From assembly GCA_051362555.1 (NCBI GenBank), contig CM120640.1:24848225-24912224 (forward strand): DNA of 64,000 bases, read 5' to 3'. Shown in pieces: positions 25,201-38,237 of this stretch (positions are counted from its first letter, which is position 1; every line of letters begins with the position of its first letter). A program made the position numbers and the translations under genes. The notes under the pieces are model-generated. The model did no database searches. It was not told the DNA's origin and worked only from the letters and a program-made list of their open reading frames with translations. Source of the stretch: Lingula anatina. Its lineage: Eukaryota; Animalia; Brachiopoda.

Positions 25201-28200
25201 AGTACATTTACAGTGAATATAAAAGTTATGCTCAAAAAGCATGATTTTGTATGGAGCAAAAAAAAAAAAAAAAAAAAAAAAAAAGATAAGACAAGTTATA
25301 AATAATCAAAACTAAGAAATTTAGACGAATAGATTTTAATGTTTTACACTTACTACTGGTGCCATCTTGGTGATCATCCAAGCTACTGCACCTTCTCCAT
25401 AACAGTCAGTCACGCCAGCTGGAGCTCCCATTTCCATAAGTGTACGAGCTGTCTCACTGCGATCTGGAAATTAAATGTTACATGCCACTAGAGTAACAAA
25501 ATAGATCAAGCACAAGCTGGGTAAGTTTTAACTGGATAAGTCAGGAAGAAAGAGAGAAACATGAGATAATTCATGGAGGTTCCAAAAATGACCAAAGGAA
25601 CTATGAAATGTGCAGCAGAGCCATTGATACAGTTTTCTGAATTGAAGGAAATTGTGGAGCAGCTTTTGGACATGAAAGAACAATTATCCAAACAGCCAAA
25701 ATAAAAAGCATTTCATGGAGTATTCTGCAATCATCAAGTAAATCTCCTTACTTTTCCTTTCACCTCTGCATTACATTTGTCCATGTGTTATAGATGTTAA
25801 TTCTCATGACACAATGCAAACTTACCAAGCTGTGCTGCCAACATCAAAGGTGTCCTCTGCTTGTGATCTCTAACCTGTTTGTATTCACATCCATTCTTAA
25901 TTAGGGCAGTGAGGGACTTCACAGCATCATTTCTAGCGGCAAAATGGACAGGTGTCTGCAATTCCTTGCTTTTGGCCTCAATGTTTGCTTTAAAAAGGTG
26001 CAAATTATCACAGATTAACTGTTATCAAAATAAGTTGAAATAGTTAGCAGTTTTACGATCAAATTGCTGTTGAGTGTCCTGAATCATGCACTATAGAAAT
26101 AACATATTTATTTCAATTTTCATAAACTGCATTGCATTTTTATGACAGTAATGCTGTTGGACTGAAGAACCACCACATTGACCCCTCTCCCTTTTTTTTA
26201 AAATGTAGATACAGCTTGTTGATCCCGCCCAATGAGAAATGGCCCACAAATGTACATATCATATACAAGTACTTCAATTTGCCCTAAACTGCAACTTCTG
26301 TTGGGAATTTTCTGAGGAAACATGGGAGTAAAGAGTAGTGATGGATTAATGACCCCTTTCCCCCTTGTGATACTTAAATGGAAAAAAAAGTTTTGTATAG
26401 ATGTCAAAAGAAAATCAAGAATGGTGATATGTTTATATATGTGAATCAAATACTGACCCCCATTTGCAACAAGGAAATTGACCATTTCTGCATAATCAAC
26501 AGAAGCTGCCACATGGAGCGGTGTCCTTCCAAAGGCATCAGGTTGATTAACATTGGCATGATGTTCAATCAGAAACTTTGCAACATCTACATGCCATGCT
26601 CTTGCAGCCTGAAACAAAGAGATAAATAAAATATACTTACTAGACTAACTAGGAAAAAAAAAACAGAAGGCTTAATTGTCTTAAAATGTAATATCAAACC
26701 AAGCTGTTAATAACAAACAGAAAAAAACAGCATTTAAATTTTTAATAATGAAAAATATATATAATGTATAACTGAAAATGTTTCATATTTTGCTTCACTT
26801 TATTCTAGCACGCAATCTTTTAACCATATACCTCATGTAGTACTGTCTGCCCCTGTTTATCTGTGCAGTCCACACGTGCTCCTGCCCTGATCAAGTCCTC
26901 TACATAGTCTAAATCAATGGCCTCATTCTCGTCTCCAGAACACCCAAGTTTGGCAAAATAGTGAATCAGTGCTCTGTTATGTTCCACTGATGATGGTTTA
27001 CTGCCCTGAGACAAAACTTTGGATAGAAATCCTGGGTCTACTTCTCCCAGGCCGATATCCTTTTGAGGTTTATGGTCTTCTTTATCATTATCTCCCTCAT
27101 GATGCACAACTGAAGTACATATACATCAAAACTGTTTTAGAACTGCTTTGGACAATTTACATGTGCATTCTTGTATTTTTGTATTGCATCAAAAAATAAT
27201 TTAAAAGATAATTTTTCTTCTGTAAGTTAAGACAAAATTCACATTTTAATGAGAAAATTAAACATATTTATCAATCAATAGATTGTATTAAAATGCAAAT
27301 TAACAATTAGTTGTTATTCATAAATATTTGAAAAAAACTTTTATAACAAAGCCTCATAAAACAGATAAATTTACTCTGAAAACTGCCAAGCGTGAAAAAA
27401 GCAATTCATATTCTAAAACACTGAAAACAATAGAGGCATGGCATAGTAACAAGCTCATATATTAAAACAGCAAAGAAGCTGTCAGTCAAATATATATCTA
27501 TGTGCCTTGCATTCTATACAAAATCTGGACACAATACATGTTATATTTTGTGAAATTGTAGCAACATATTCACAAAGCGATGTGTTTCACAATATTACTG
27601 TTCCTCATTTGCATGGTAAAAATCCTTCTTTCAAATATGCAAGAATCCAAAAAGAAGCCAAGAATTTTGCTAAGACTGCAAACATTCCCCAAAAGGTATT
27701 TGACAAATATTACAAAGTTTACTTAATGTAGTCAACTTTTCTATTTTTGCACACTAATAAAAGTCCTAAAACCTTAAACATTTTGTGAAACGGAATGTTA
27801 GGACAAAAAGTTACATCTGTGTCTAATTATCATTATAATATTGTTTATGTGGAGTGCAGCAGTGTTGAGAATCCATGCAAATGCAGGATGTCATAATAAA
27901 GATCAAGTCATTTTAGATAAAATACAAAAACAATCAGTGTATGGGGTATGTACATGTATCAGACACTGTGATTACATGGAAGGCTAGAGAAAGGTTATGT
28001 CATTACATTCATTTTACAATATATAACAGTTTCTCTGGGGAAAACAAATTTTAAATTTGACACAATGTTATATATTAGGAAGCATCACAAAGCTTAAAGC
28101 AGTATCTATTACCTTTCCATTTTCTTATATCTGGATAAACAAAAGAAAGGGAAGATATAGAAAGAAGCGCTGCATGTACAACTACTAATACACATGCATG

Positions 28201-29722
28201 TCACATTTTGCATTCAGATTAGGCATAAAGACTTTTCTCTTTTTCAACTGAAAAAAATAGCAAAATTAATTTTTTTAAACAAGTGGAGAAATTACTGATA
28301 AGTTACATTTTGAAAAATAAATGTTGCTAATTTTCTACAATTCACCTAATTTATTAGCAAACAACTGCATCCTCAAGCTTGTTTTCAGGGACTTAGTCAC
28401 TGCTACAGTGGTGGATTTGTTTACTAGCCTCATAATTCTCTTCCTGCTACAAATGAACGTATAAAAATTTTCCATCTCTATGGTTTATTAATTTTGCTTC
28501 AGAAAATATGCCCTTCATCTTTAAAGTTAATGCCATCTAAATGCAATAATGTGAGTTACATGCATATTCTGCAATCATATACCTTCATATGTGTCGGCTA
28601 TACAAAAAAGAAAGAAATCAAAGTACAATAAACATGAAACAAAAATGAACTGACAAAAAAAAAAAATAATAATAATATGCATGCATGCATACACTGTGAT
28701 AACATAACTGAATAATGATAAAAACTTGTCACCTTTTTTGCCTTCAATTTTATAACAGGAGAGAAAAATATATGGCATGATATTATTTTTCAAAAAGACC
28801 ATGTATAAAACCACACAATCATTGGAACAGAGCTCCATCAAAATTTGATTAAAAAAAATAATAAACAAACAAAAGAATCAGTAACACACTTAACACTAAA
28901 TTGCACTCATTGCAATGACAAACTGCCTACATTTCATGAAATGCTGACTGATGCGATTATTTTCTCTCATTTTAAGGAGCCTGCTCAATGGAATACCAGG
29001 AACATACAGGTTGACTGACAAACATAAAAAATCCAATCAGGCCAAAAAAACTTTTTTTAATTCTGTGCACAAAATTCATAATTTAGAAATATTATCCATA
29101 CTAAGAGCAGAGCTGATTTTATAGACAAAAAGTTAAAATATGTACATTAAATCATGAGCAAATATATTATCCATACTATGACACACAGAATAAGGATAGG
29201 GTGAAAAATTAAACTTACTATTTTTCCTAGCAGTTCTCCTTGTCTTTACATAATGAGCCCATTTTGATGCTTTGCCTCTCACATTTGATATCACTTTGAG
29301 TGCATTCACTGCCAGTGTTTTATTGTTTTTCATTTTATTCTTAAAGGTTGAAGTTCTGAAAATAAAAATAATACAACTGTAGTACACTGAGTTTGTGTAC
29401 ACATATTTTTTACATTTCTTTCACCAGATTCTTATGCATTTCAATACATTAAAAAAATTATAATATTTAATGTTTTAATAATCATTTAATATTTAAAATT
29501 TTATTATGATATATTAATCTGATATGAATTATTCCTTGCTCCACAATATGTTTAAACTACAAGTTAGTACTGTTATTGATACCTAACTTGCACAGACCTG
29601 TTATTATCCTCCTCACTCTCCACTGGGGTCATTTCAAACCCTCCATTTACAACACCTCGTCCAGTATCTGGATGTATTTTGGACTTCCGACTTTTCTTTT
29701 TTCTTTCACTTGAGGAACTCAT
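16203..29722 (-). CDS. Ankyrin-repeat TRP-family cation channel (~1017 aa, TRPV/TRPA-like, subfamily unresolved)
   Basis: 26 phase-consistent GT-AG exons: 29722-29598, 29355-29219, 28597-28583, 28130-28113, 27109-26832, 26608-26458, 25987-25826, 25463-25354, 25087-24997, 23785-23765, 22913-22882, 22703-22612, 22456-22327, 21906-21829, 21243-21101, 20827-20652, 20215-20132, 19935-19769, 19580-19465, 19201-18994, 18620-18513, 18142-17899, 17655-17559, 17062-16956, 16789-16659, 16235-16203. Motifs include ankyrins (GQTVLHEAA, GRTPLHVAA, QTPVHFAA, RTPLMLAA), pre-S1 HPVMQRLIAIKW, S3 WNVFDW, S4-S5 LLGPFIVML, pore FRLSMVDDYDY and S6 LNLFIALLSDTFQRV. Confidence 0.93.
19943..19965. repeat. (GA)n microsatellite
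   Basis: The GA run forms the pyrimidine tract of the minus-strand acceptor at 19936. Confidence 0.9.
21060..21085. repeat. (GT)n microsatellite
   Basis: Directly visible dinucleotide run in a TRP intron. Confidence 0.9.
24741..24914. repeat. 90-bp tandem duplication
   Basis: AGCATGTTTTTGAAGCACTAGGCAAA...CAGGATTTCC.TCT.TAAACTT occurs at 24741 and 24831. Confidence 0.9.
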
Positions 29723-30228
29723 GGTGTGGACCGATTAGTTAACTCTGTACAGAAATATATCATTAGCATGTGTACTTAAGAACTAAAATTCGTGTGTCAG
29801 CACAATAATGATTAATGCACTATAATGTTCTAAAACATAAAAGATATTGTGAAATGATGTTCAATTGGCAAGTCATCTGTACGTCGGGGTTCTCAATTTT
29901 TTTGAATACCTCTCCCCCCAACTTTTTTGGTCACCTTTCATCCCCGTTATTTGTCATTGAGACATGACGTCCCAATGATATTTTATCATAAAAGTGAAAC
30001 TTAACATTACAGCATTTACTTCAGACTAGTTTTCTGCAGGAATATATTTTCCTTATCCTCTGGGTCACCTACTGTATAATGTAGTTGAACATTGGGCAAG
30101 CATTTTTTTTCGAATGTAAACCGTCGGCGACATTCAAGATAATCGGTACATTTGAGGTTTTGCCAAAGTCACAGAACGTATCAAATGCATATCAAACATA
30201 TGTTCGCAATAATTAGGCTTTTGCTTAC

Positions 30229-30345
30229 AGTTGTATTTTGGCTGATAGGACTGGAGGTCACAAAATCCTAAATTCGATCTTCATTTTCTTCGTCGTTGTG
30301 TATTTGTCAGCAGGTGGGTGCCGCCATGATGTACACAGGCTCCGC
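30229..30345 (-). other. Probable non-coding first exon of the TRP gene
   Basis: A minus-strand donor (ACT|GTAAGC) is at 30229/30228 in CpG-rich sequence. It would splice to the acceptor upstream of the ATG at 29722. The exon contains two short uORFs (MAAPTC*, MKIEFRIL*). Confidence 0.55.
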
Positions 30346-30800
30346 AAACGAGGTTGCTAAGGATATGTTTTTTAGTTTATAATTCTGATTTCTCAAAATG
30401 TTTTTCATAAGGAGTTATTTAAACATTTGAAATGTTTTTAAATATAAAAATTGGTTAATCATTAAATAAAAAAATGGATATTTCCTAGGTCGAACTTATG
30501 TCGGGGATTTCCGTCGCAAATTGACGTCACAAGACGCCATGATAGTTTGAGCAGAAGGTGTACTCACCTGGCAGGCGAATATATTCAAGCAATTAACCAT
30601 TTACAACATGTATTTGTTACGTTTTCGAGTAACGAGGCACTTGACGGTAGTGGGACTCCTTATAGGTAGAAGTGATTCTTGTAGGTAACGTCAGAAAGGA
30701 AAGAAAAACGCATTAACAAGTGTTACACGCCAGGTGCCTTTTCTGGTGTGGGAAATCCCAAAGGTACGATACACGGAAAGAAACCGAAACAAGAACTTGC
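30300..30800. promoter_or_regulatory. Bidirectional promoter region shared by the TRP gene and C6orf62
   Basis: The genes are head-to-head across a CpG-enriched interval. Motifs are YY1-like CCGCCAT (30321), X-box-like GTTGCTAAGGATAT (30353-30366), kappaB GGGGATTTCC (30503-30512) and GGGAAATCCC (30750-30759), and palindromic CRE TGACGTCA (30522-30529). Confidence 0.7.
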
Positions 30801-30988
30801 CATCAGGATCGACTTGCAGTAGAGCAAAATGTGATAGTAAACATACAACCTCAACAATATTTGATTGCATGCGTGTAGTTTTTTTTCACTTTCATAATAT
30901 TTCTTCAAAACCAAGTTACAGTAGGAAGTGCACAATATATATTGCATTGTTGAGTTTTTTGTCATTTACTTGAGAACTGACATTCACA

Positions 30989-33900
30989 ATGGGTGATCCA
31001 CATACTCGCCGCAGTGCTGCCGTCAACAGGTTACGTAGTCAGCTTCGTAAGAAGAGAGAGTCACTGGCAGATCAATTTGACTTCAAGATGTTCATGATAT
31101 TTCACTTCAAGGACAAGGTATAGTTAAAATTTTTTTGATAGATTCATTATACCTGTACAAACTTGAATGCTGTTTTTTCCAGCTTTTCTGTTGACTTCAG
31201 GCTCAAAGCCTTGGGTAGACTTGGTGGTATAATAATTGAGCCTGTTACTTGTTGCATCTGGCCTTGAAAAATGTCCCCTTCCCCATGGATGTTCTAGACA
31301 TTGTGATGACTTGCTGGGGTAGACTGGTATTTCCCCTAAAATGCTACAAAACTAATCCTTTCCTGGTCAGAAAACTTGAAAAGACCTGTTGGGGGGTCCT
31401 GGTCGGAAGGCCTGAAAAGGCCTATGTGAATTGGTTACTTTTAAATAACTATGCTTTCAATATTTCTTAATCAGTCATCTTGAAATTTGGCAATTTAATA
31501 CAGCAGAGAACATGCAAGCCAAAACTGTGCTGGGTCCATGCTAAATGTGGAGTTGACTTTCGGGTCAGAAATTTGGATTAAACTTTGCAGCAAAAATAAT
31601 ACTTTTATCTTCTTTTATGTGTTTGTAGGTTATATTAATAAATATTTTTTTATAATTGAAAGATGATAATTTTTATTAAATTTTTATGCATTATGTCTGC
31701 ATTGAATATCACTGGAGCTGCCGAGCACCATGAAATTTAACTCAAAGGTAAAAAATTTAATAGAAAAAATGCAAGATTGATAATTACACTAGTGGTACGA
31801 CAACTAAATATTGGATTTTTTAAAGAACATTTTAGAGTACATTTACATCGATGTTTTCTATTAACAGTGAAAATTTCAAGCCATTGCAGTGAAAAATATA
31901 GATGTCATAACACACATCATTTTCAGTGTTATGTGCAAAAGTAATAGGATTCCCCAGGTGATGACTTGACCAACTTTTGTGATCAGGAAAGGGTTAAAGT
32001 ACAAAAACTAAAGACAGCCATGAATAGAGTATAATCTGTGACAAACTCTTCAACTAAACATTATTGATAAGTAGAAAAGTGGTACTGAGTACATGTCCTT
32101 TAATGACTCACAACCATCACATTCTGTGTGGGGAAGATGATGTCATAGTCAATTTTGCTGCAGTCAAGAGTTGTATCTCTTAATTCATGAAATTTTAAAA
32201 ACGGACATTTGTATGATCCATTTGCTAACTTTTGAATTAAGTTGATCAAAAATGTTTAACTATAAATTGCATTCCACTTGATGTCACCTTATCATTTAAC
32301 AATCTATGTATGAATGTTTGATAGATCATTGAATTACATCACAGTTAGGATTTATCCACAAGTCACAGTATTTTAAATTTAAGATTTTATAACAACACTT
32401 TCTTTTGTTATTTATTTGTAGAAGAAAAAACCTGCTGTGTTTGAGATGGCTGAAGTTGTTCCTGTTATGACAAATAACTACGAAGAAAGTATTTTGAGAG
32501 GGGTAAAGGTAAGTTTCCCTTGAAAAGTTGTGAATTGTATTTAAAAAGCCAAACCTGGCTCTATCGTTGAATTTGATACATTTTCCCATTAGATGAGATT
32601 TAGGGAATATTTTAATTATTCATTTATTTATTCTTTTTTTCAGGAAGAAGGTTATTCATATGAAAGCTCAATTGAACTCTTGGAGAAGGATGTTGTCCAA
32701 TTGCATTCTCCAAGGTGGCAGTCCATGAGAAAAGTAAGTCATAAATTCTCGCAAATCAAGCCCCATGTCATTAATAATTGTCCAAATAACTTCAATGCTC
32801 ATTGTTCAGGCCCCCATTTTACAGAGAATCTCAAATTCGTAGGTGACTAGCTCAGGCTCAGTGACCTTGCTAGGTCCACTACGCTGCAGTAGACTGGGAT
32901 TGTTTCACAAAAAATCTAAAGTCTTTACCTCGTTTGGTTGTGGTGGTCAATGCGTACAAAAAACTCTTTAAAAAAAGGGGGTGTAAAAATCCCTAAAGTT
33001 TCACAAAATAGGATGTTTTACATCCTCTTTTGGACAATGGTTTATCAACAATCCGCCAAAACATAAAGTGTGTTTTTGAACCTTACTGATAAATTTAACT
33101 TCAATACAACTTCAAAGTAACAGTAAAACATTAGCTTGTCTTGGTATCCTGCCATCAGACATAAGAAATATAAACAAACCCGTGATTGGCTGGGTGAAGT
33201 TGCAATTTATTTTGTATTTGAAAATTCAATAAATTTCAGTACTATTCAAGGATATTATAACACAATATCTTGAAGGAGGTATGTTCTTTCCAAATTTTTG
33301 TTGATTATGCTCTGATTTACTGAGTTTTAGTTAAGCTTGCTGACTTAAGACACTTCCTGAGGAGGCTAGGCTTCATTGACTAACAGCTAAGAAAAAAGTA
33401 GCCTTTTAGATTTTTTGTGAAACAAGACTTTAATAGTGATGCATGGACTTAATTATGTGGTAATTTTGGACGGCCTGTACCCCCAATCCTGGGAAAAGCC
33501 CTGTTATATAGTATTGATTAAAAAGAAAAGTAAGTTAGCTGAAAAGATGTGAATCAATTTCCAATTCAAAGGAAACATATTAATTTCGGTTTGGTTACTG
33601 GAGTGAAAGTAAAATAACATTACATGCTTTCATTAGGATGTCTTAGGATGTACAACTGAGATGGACTTTTTCCTCTGGCCAAGGAATGATCTTCAAAGCA
33701 TTCAGTGCTTACTGTTCTCAAGATGGAAGGGAGAAAATGACTTGGCTTTCAAACCACTTAAGGTAAGTCTTCATATAGTGATCTTTTTTTATGTAAAAAT
33801 AAGTTAGTTTTATATGTTTATATTAGCTTTTATAACTTAAAATAAACATATGATAAAAGCTATCCAGTCATGGCCCATACCACCTCACCAAGTTACAATC

Positions 33901-34939
33901 CATTTTCCCCTTTAGAATATATGAGTTGCAATGTGGTGTATCACACAAAGTGCCTACCTCACAAGAAGTTTTGTACCAACACCCACTTGTGTACATTTGA
34001 TAACTATAGTCATTTATTTCTCCAGGTTGACTTTATATTTGAGTGCATAGAATATGAGAAGCAGCTGCTACGTCTAGTATCTGGAAAAGAGAAGACTGGC
34101 CTAATCATCAGCAACCCATCACAATCCATGTTTTTATTTGTAGATAGATACCCTGTGGAGGTAAACAACTTTCTTTTTTGTCCTTTTTTTTCTCAGTTTG
34201 TATTATAGATGGTAGTAGTCTGCTGTATTGTAATCCAAGTGAACACATCAGCATCAATGGCTGTTCCTCATACATTTACAACATTGATTATATTAAGTGA
34301 AGTATTGGATTGGATTGAGTTTAAAAGAATTTATTTTGTAATTTGTATTTAATTTGTTTAAGAAAAAGACTGAAGTTATGTATACATTCACATATTAAGA
34401 AATATGTATTTTTTGCAAAGGGAACATTTTTTCTTCTCTCTAACTCTTTGATTTTATTTTTATTTTCAGACGCAAAAGAATAAAGCAATAGTTTTCAAGT
34501 TGTCCAGTGCTTGTCTTTATTTACCTCAGGTGTGTACATGTTTAGTTCAAGTGTTTTCCATTTTGATTTACACTCTGGATGATTTTAACATTTTACTTTT
34601 ATAATAGTGTTTATTTGTTTAAGAAAGATGTGGAAGCTGGGGCAGTAACAGCAATTTTTTATCTGATAAAATTGTTTTTTAAGTATTTGTTACAAATGCT
34701 CCTCATGGTGGGGCTCGTCATGATCCAAGCATGATCAACCAATCTCCTCTAGAAAAAGCCGAAAAGACATTTATAATTATAGCTATTTAGCAACAATAAG
34801 TGGCTACCTCTTTATATAAATTGTTTATATTTCATGTTAGAACATGTAACTTAGTGTGAAATGTTTTGTATTCCAGGACCAATTGACCCACTGGGGACCA
34901 GGAGCTGTAGGCGAAATCATGGAACCTTACTTGTCATGA
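30989..34939 (+). CDS. C6orf62: C6orf62 homologue (uncharacterised conserved protein, 229 aa)
   Basis: Seven phase-0 exons: 30989-31117, 32422-32508, 32644-32733, 33637-33762, 34026-34160, 34470-34529, 34877-34939. The translation [34 protein letters not shown]...PVMTNNYEE...KDVVQLH...[11 protein letters not shown]...LFSRWK...CLYLPQDQLTHW matches the C6orf62 family as recalled. A candidate AATAAA is at 36525. Confidence 0.95.
32900..33425. mobile_element. MITE-like element in C6orf62 intron 3
   Basis: Perfect 21-bp inverted repeats (TTGTTTCACAAAAAATCTAAA) at 32900-32920 and 33405-33425 enclose non-coding sequence. Confidence 0.7.
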
Positions 34940-37359
34940 CACATGCCAATATTGTGGACTTTCTTTGGTTTAGACTTAATGTCCAATGAGTACAGTGCAC
35001 ACATTTTAAAGGGACTTAGTTAAAATAAAAAAAGTGCAAGGCTTTGTGGAAGTTACATCAGTTACATTATAAACAGGCCATTTACATGTATGTGAGGACT
35101 TTAACTGCTCATGTGTGGCAACAAATGTAATTGTTTAATAATATATACAATTTTGTATATAGGGATGCACCTTCTTTCTATGAGTTGTAAGCATAATGCC
35201 ATTGTTGTACTATGAGTGTATTTAAGGACTATTGCCAGATGTTTAAAGTGTAAATTGGACAGATTTAACTTTTCAGAAGAATAGAAAAAAAAGCAGGAAA
35301 GGCTTCCAATTCAATTGTTGATTGTTGCCTTGGTTTGAGATCCAGAAACTGAATGGATAGTTCAGATATTACAAATATATATATATATATACTTGAGCTA
35401 ACATGCTCATTGTCATTAAGGTGCTAAGTTAACAAAATTGTAGGGAATAAGGACTTTAATCAAGTTCCTGCAGTTTCAGTCATAGGGAGTTACTATGATA
35501 CACTACATTCCACATTAAGTTTCTGGTGCTCTTTGCAAATTTGTGTATTCTCATTGGTGTTCTTGGAATCTATATAATTTTAGAAAAGATATTCATGAAA
35601 GCCTTATGTATAGTAGAACGCACAGGCAGTCGATTAATGACAAATGAGTAATGTTTTGAATGAAGTGATTTTCAAAAGTCATCAAGTTTGACTCTAAAAC
35701 TAGAATTCATTCATTAGTAAATTGATGTGTAAAGTATGTTACATTGCAGCATAATTCTTCATTTTTAAAATGGGTGTCATTTTGTTTTCATTTAACAGTT
35801 ACTTTGTGTGGGATGCTATTTCTGTTGTGATGAAAACGGTCACTATATGCGTCATTTCAAGTTAATTTCCGTCGTAGAAATTTACAAAATGGATGGACTT
35901 AAAAAGGCCAAACTGATAATAGTGGACTGTTGAACATGCACCAAAAGATTTAAAAAAAAAATGAAATGTGCCTTTTTTAGTATAAGCAACCTAGTATGTT
36001 TATAGACATAATCTGAAATATTTCTTTGAATTTAAAATTTGCAATTATTTCTATAGCATTGATAATTATTTTGTAAGAATGACATTGACACCAAATGTTT
36101 TTGTCCACAGATGGATGACTTGATTTTTTTTCAACCTAAAGTCAAGTAGAACAACTGGACAACAAGCTGAAAAAAAGAAAAGGTATAGTTAATTTAGATG
36201 GATTTTTTCTACATGGAAATTTGTAAAATTAAAATTATCATGTCATTTATTATTTAAAACTACATGTAGATCATGAGGGTTCTGTCATATTTTTTCCTGC
36301 TTCAATTATTTTGACTGGTATTTCACTTATGATGTAATAGAGTATATACATCTGTTAAAATTTGTTTTTAATCAGAAATTGGTCAAGTATTTGCTTTGAT
36401 CACTGTATTTATTTAAAGTTTTTTCATAACCATGATTTTTTTGGAAAAGTTTTACTGGAATTGTACATGCTGTTGATTCTTTAGTCCATGTTATCAAAAG
36501 TATTTGTATATATTGTGAATCACTAATAAAATGTACAGATAATGATTGTAATATTTTAGATGGTATGCAAAGGTCATGTTTCAGAAGTCATGGGGGGTTT
36601 ATTACTTTAAATAACTCTCCTTACAAGATTGAAGTATCATCTATCGTTATTTTTTTAACCTAAGAAATGCAAAAACCTAAGCTACACCATCTAATGGTAA
36701 TAAGAAGTGAATGTTAAGATATACAGTGTGATGCCAAAAAGAAACACTTAGACAAGTTCACATTGTACAGATGCTGTAACACTTGGCCTTACCAGTGTTA
36801 CTGAAAATCCTATTATAATTTCTAAACTGATTCCCAATAAAGATAACAATTATGTAACAATTATGTGAGGAAGACATGACAGTGACATACCATTTGATTT
36901 TCGTAACTTGAAATGCCTTTACTCAAGCCTTCAAAAATGTACTGTAGGTCTCTGTTCGAGTTGTCAGTAGAATTTTATTTTGATAGAATGAAGCAAAAAT
37001 AAATTTTTACCTGGGATGTAGAAGCTGTTTTGACAATGGAAGATAGACAACAATATGAATTATAGAATTTTTGTTTTCTTTTTGCGTTTTTATTCATGAT
37101 TAATTCCAAAAAAAGTACCATATTAAGCAATAGCAGGCACAGAATTTACTCTAGAACGAAAGTAGAGAGGGAACACAATGAACGGATTATTTCTCACGCC
37201 TTGCGCAAAGTATGTTGATAAAATTACAAAACAAAACGGTGCAGAAAAATGAAATTTATTTTTCGCTTCATCTAACCGATCAAAAAGATTCCAAGCCATA
37301 CATAAGTGTGCGCTTGTGATGAAACCTCATCCTGCTCATCTACCACACTAGGCACATTG

Positions 37360-37486
37360 GTTGGTGAGTGAATACGTCACATCCGCCATCAACAATGGCG
37401 TAAGCGTGAAACACATTTCGGCCACCTGTTGAAGCACTTTTACTTCACCCTTTTTGAAGGCATTGCTGGTATTTACAAAGGTAAGA
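37360..37486 (+). promoter_or_regulatory. Probable KANK promoter and non-coding exon 1
   Basis: A CpG-enriched patch has ACGTCA and paired YY1-like CCGCCAT/ATGGCG motifs, with donor AAG|GTAAGA at 37480/37481. Candidate downstream UTR exons are 42285-42354 and 46433-46503, both ending in GAG|GTAAGA. Confidence 0.55.
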
Positions 37487-37595
37487 AATCAATTAGATGA
37501 TACAACTTTTATATTTTTTCATAGTATTTCTTGATTTGGATTCTTTACTTTTTTGTGCCACACTGTAAATCGCCCCCCTCCCCCGTCTCTCCCGT

Positions 37596-37619
37596 CTCTC
37601 TCTCTCTCTCTCTCTCTCT
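37596..37619. repeat. (CT)n microsatellite
   Basis: Directly visible dinucleotide run. Confidence 0.9.
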
Positions 37620-38198
37620 GGTTTAGTGACTGGACCTGCTTAGTTTCAGGTGCCAAGGATTTTTAAGAAAAAGCGGGGAAATAGGCAGGGTTACATTGAG
37701 TGCCAGGGAGGAACCTAAAGTAAAAACTAGTAAATTAAAGGGGCAAGACTTTTAAGCACGTAGCCAGCAATTTCAAAGAGGGTTGGGGTGTCTTTTTCTG
37801 ATAAAATGGGCCTTTTACTATAAAACCTTTATGTAGCTAGGTCAAAGTTTTCCAGAGCGAACCCTTTCCCGACAAAAAGATCGGTTAGTTTGAACCTCCC
37901 CCCCCTTGCTTTTATGTGGGTCGACCGAGGATCCACAGATTTGTTAGCCCGCAGACTAACTTGTCTTGAATGCCCTCTAATTTAAAGATATATAGAAGGT
38001 TGCTATTGTGAAAATTTTGAGTTTTTAAGTGGTAATATTGTTGCAGGAGGTCTAGGTTCACAGTAAAAGCTGTAAGAATAAGAAAAAGAATGGATGAGAC
38101 AACATTTTACTGAATTGGTGTGTAAGGCACGTATAAATGTATTACATCCTTTCCTGGGTTTAAATCTTTGCTATTTTACGATCCAAGGAAATGGAAAA

Positions 38199-38237
38199 GG
38201 GGCGGGGGGGGGGGGGGGGGGGGGGGGGGAGGGGGGG
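38199..38237 (+). repeat. Poly-G tract (~39 nt, two interruptions)
   Basis: Directly visible and G-quadruplex-capable. Its length may be unreliable in an assembly. Confidence 0.85.

Noticed and set aside
30560-30578. Resemblance to the U1 snRNA 5' end (TACTCACCTGGCAGG)
   Set aside because: Similarity stops after ~15 nt, with no U1 stem-loops or Sm site. A minus-strand splice donor explains it better.
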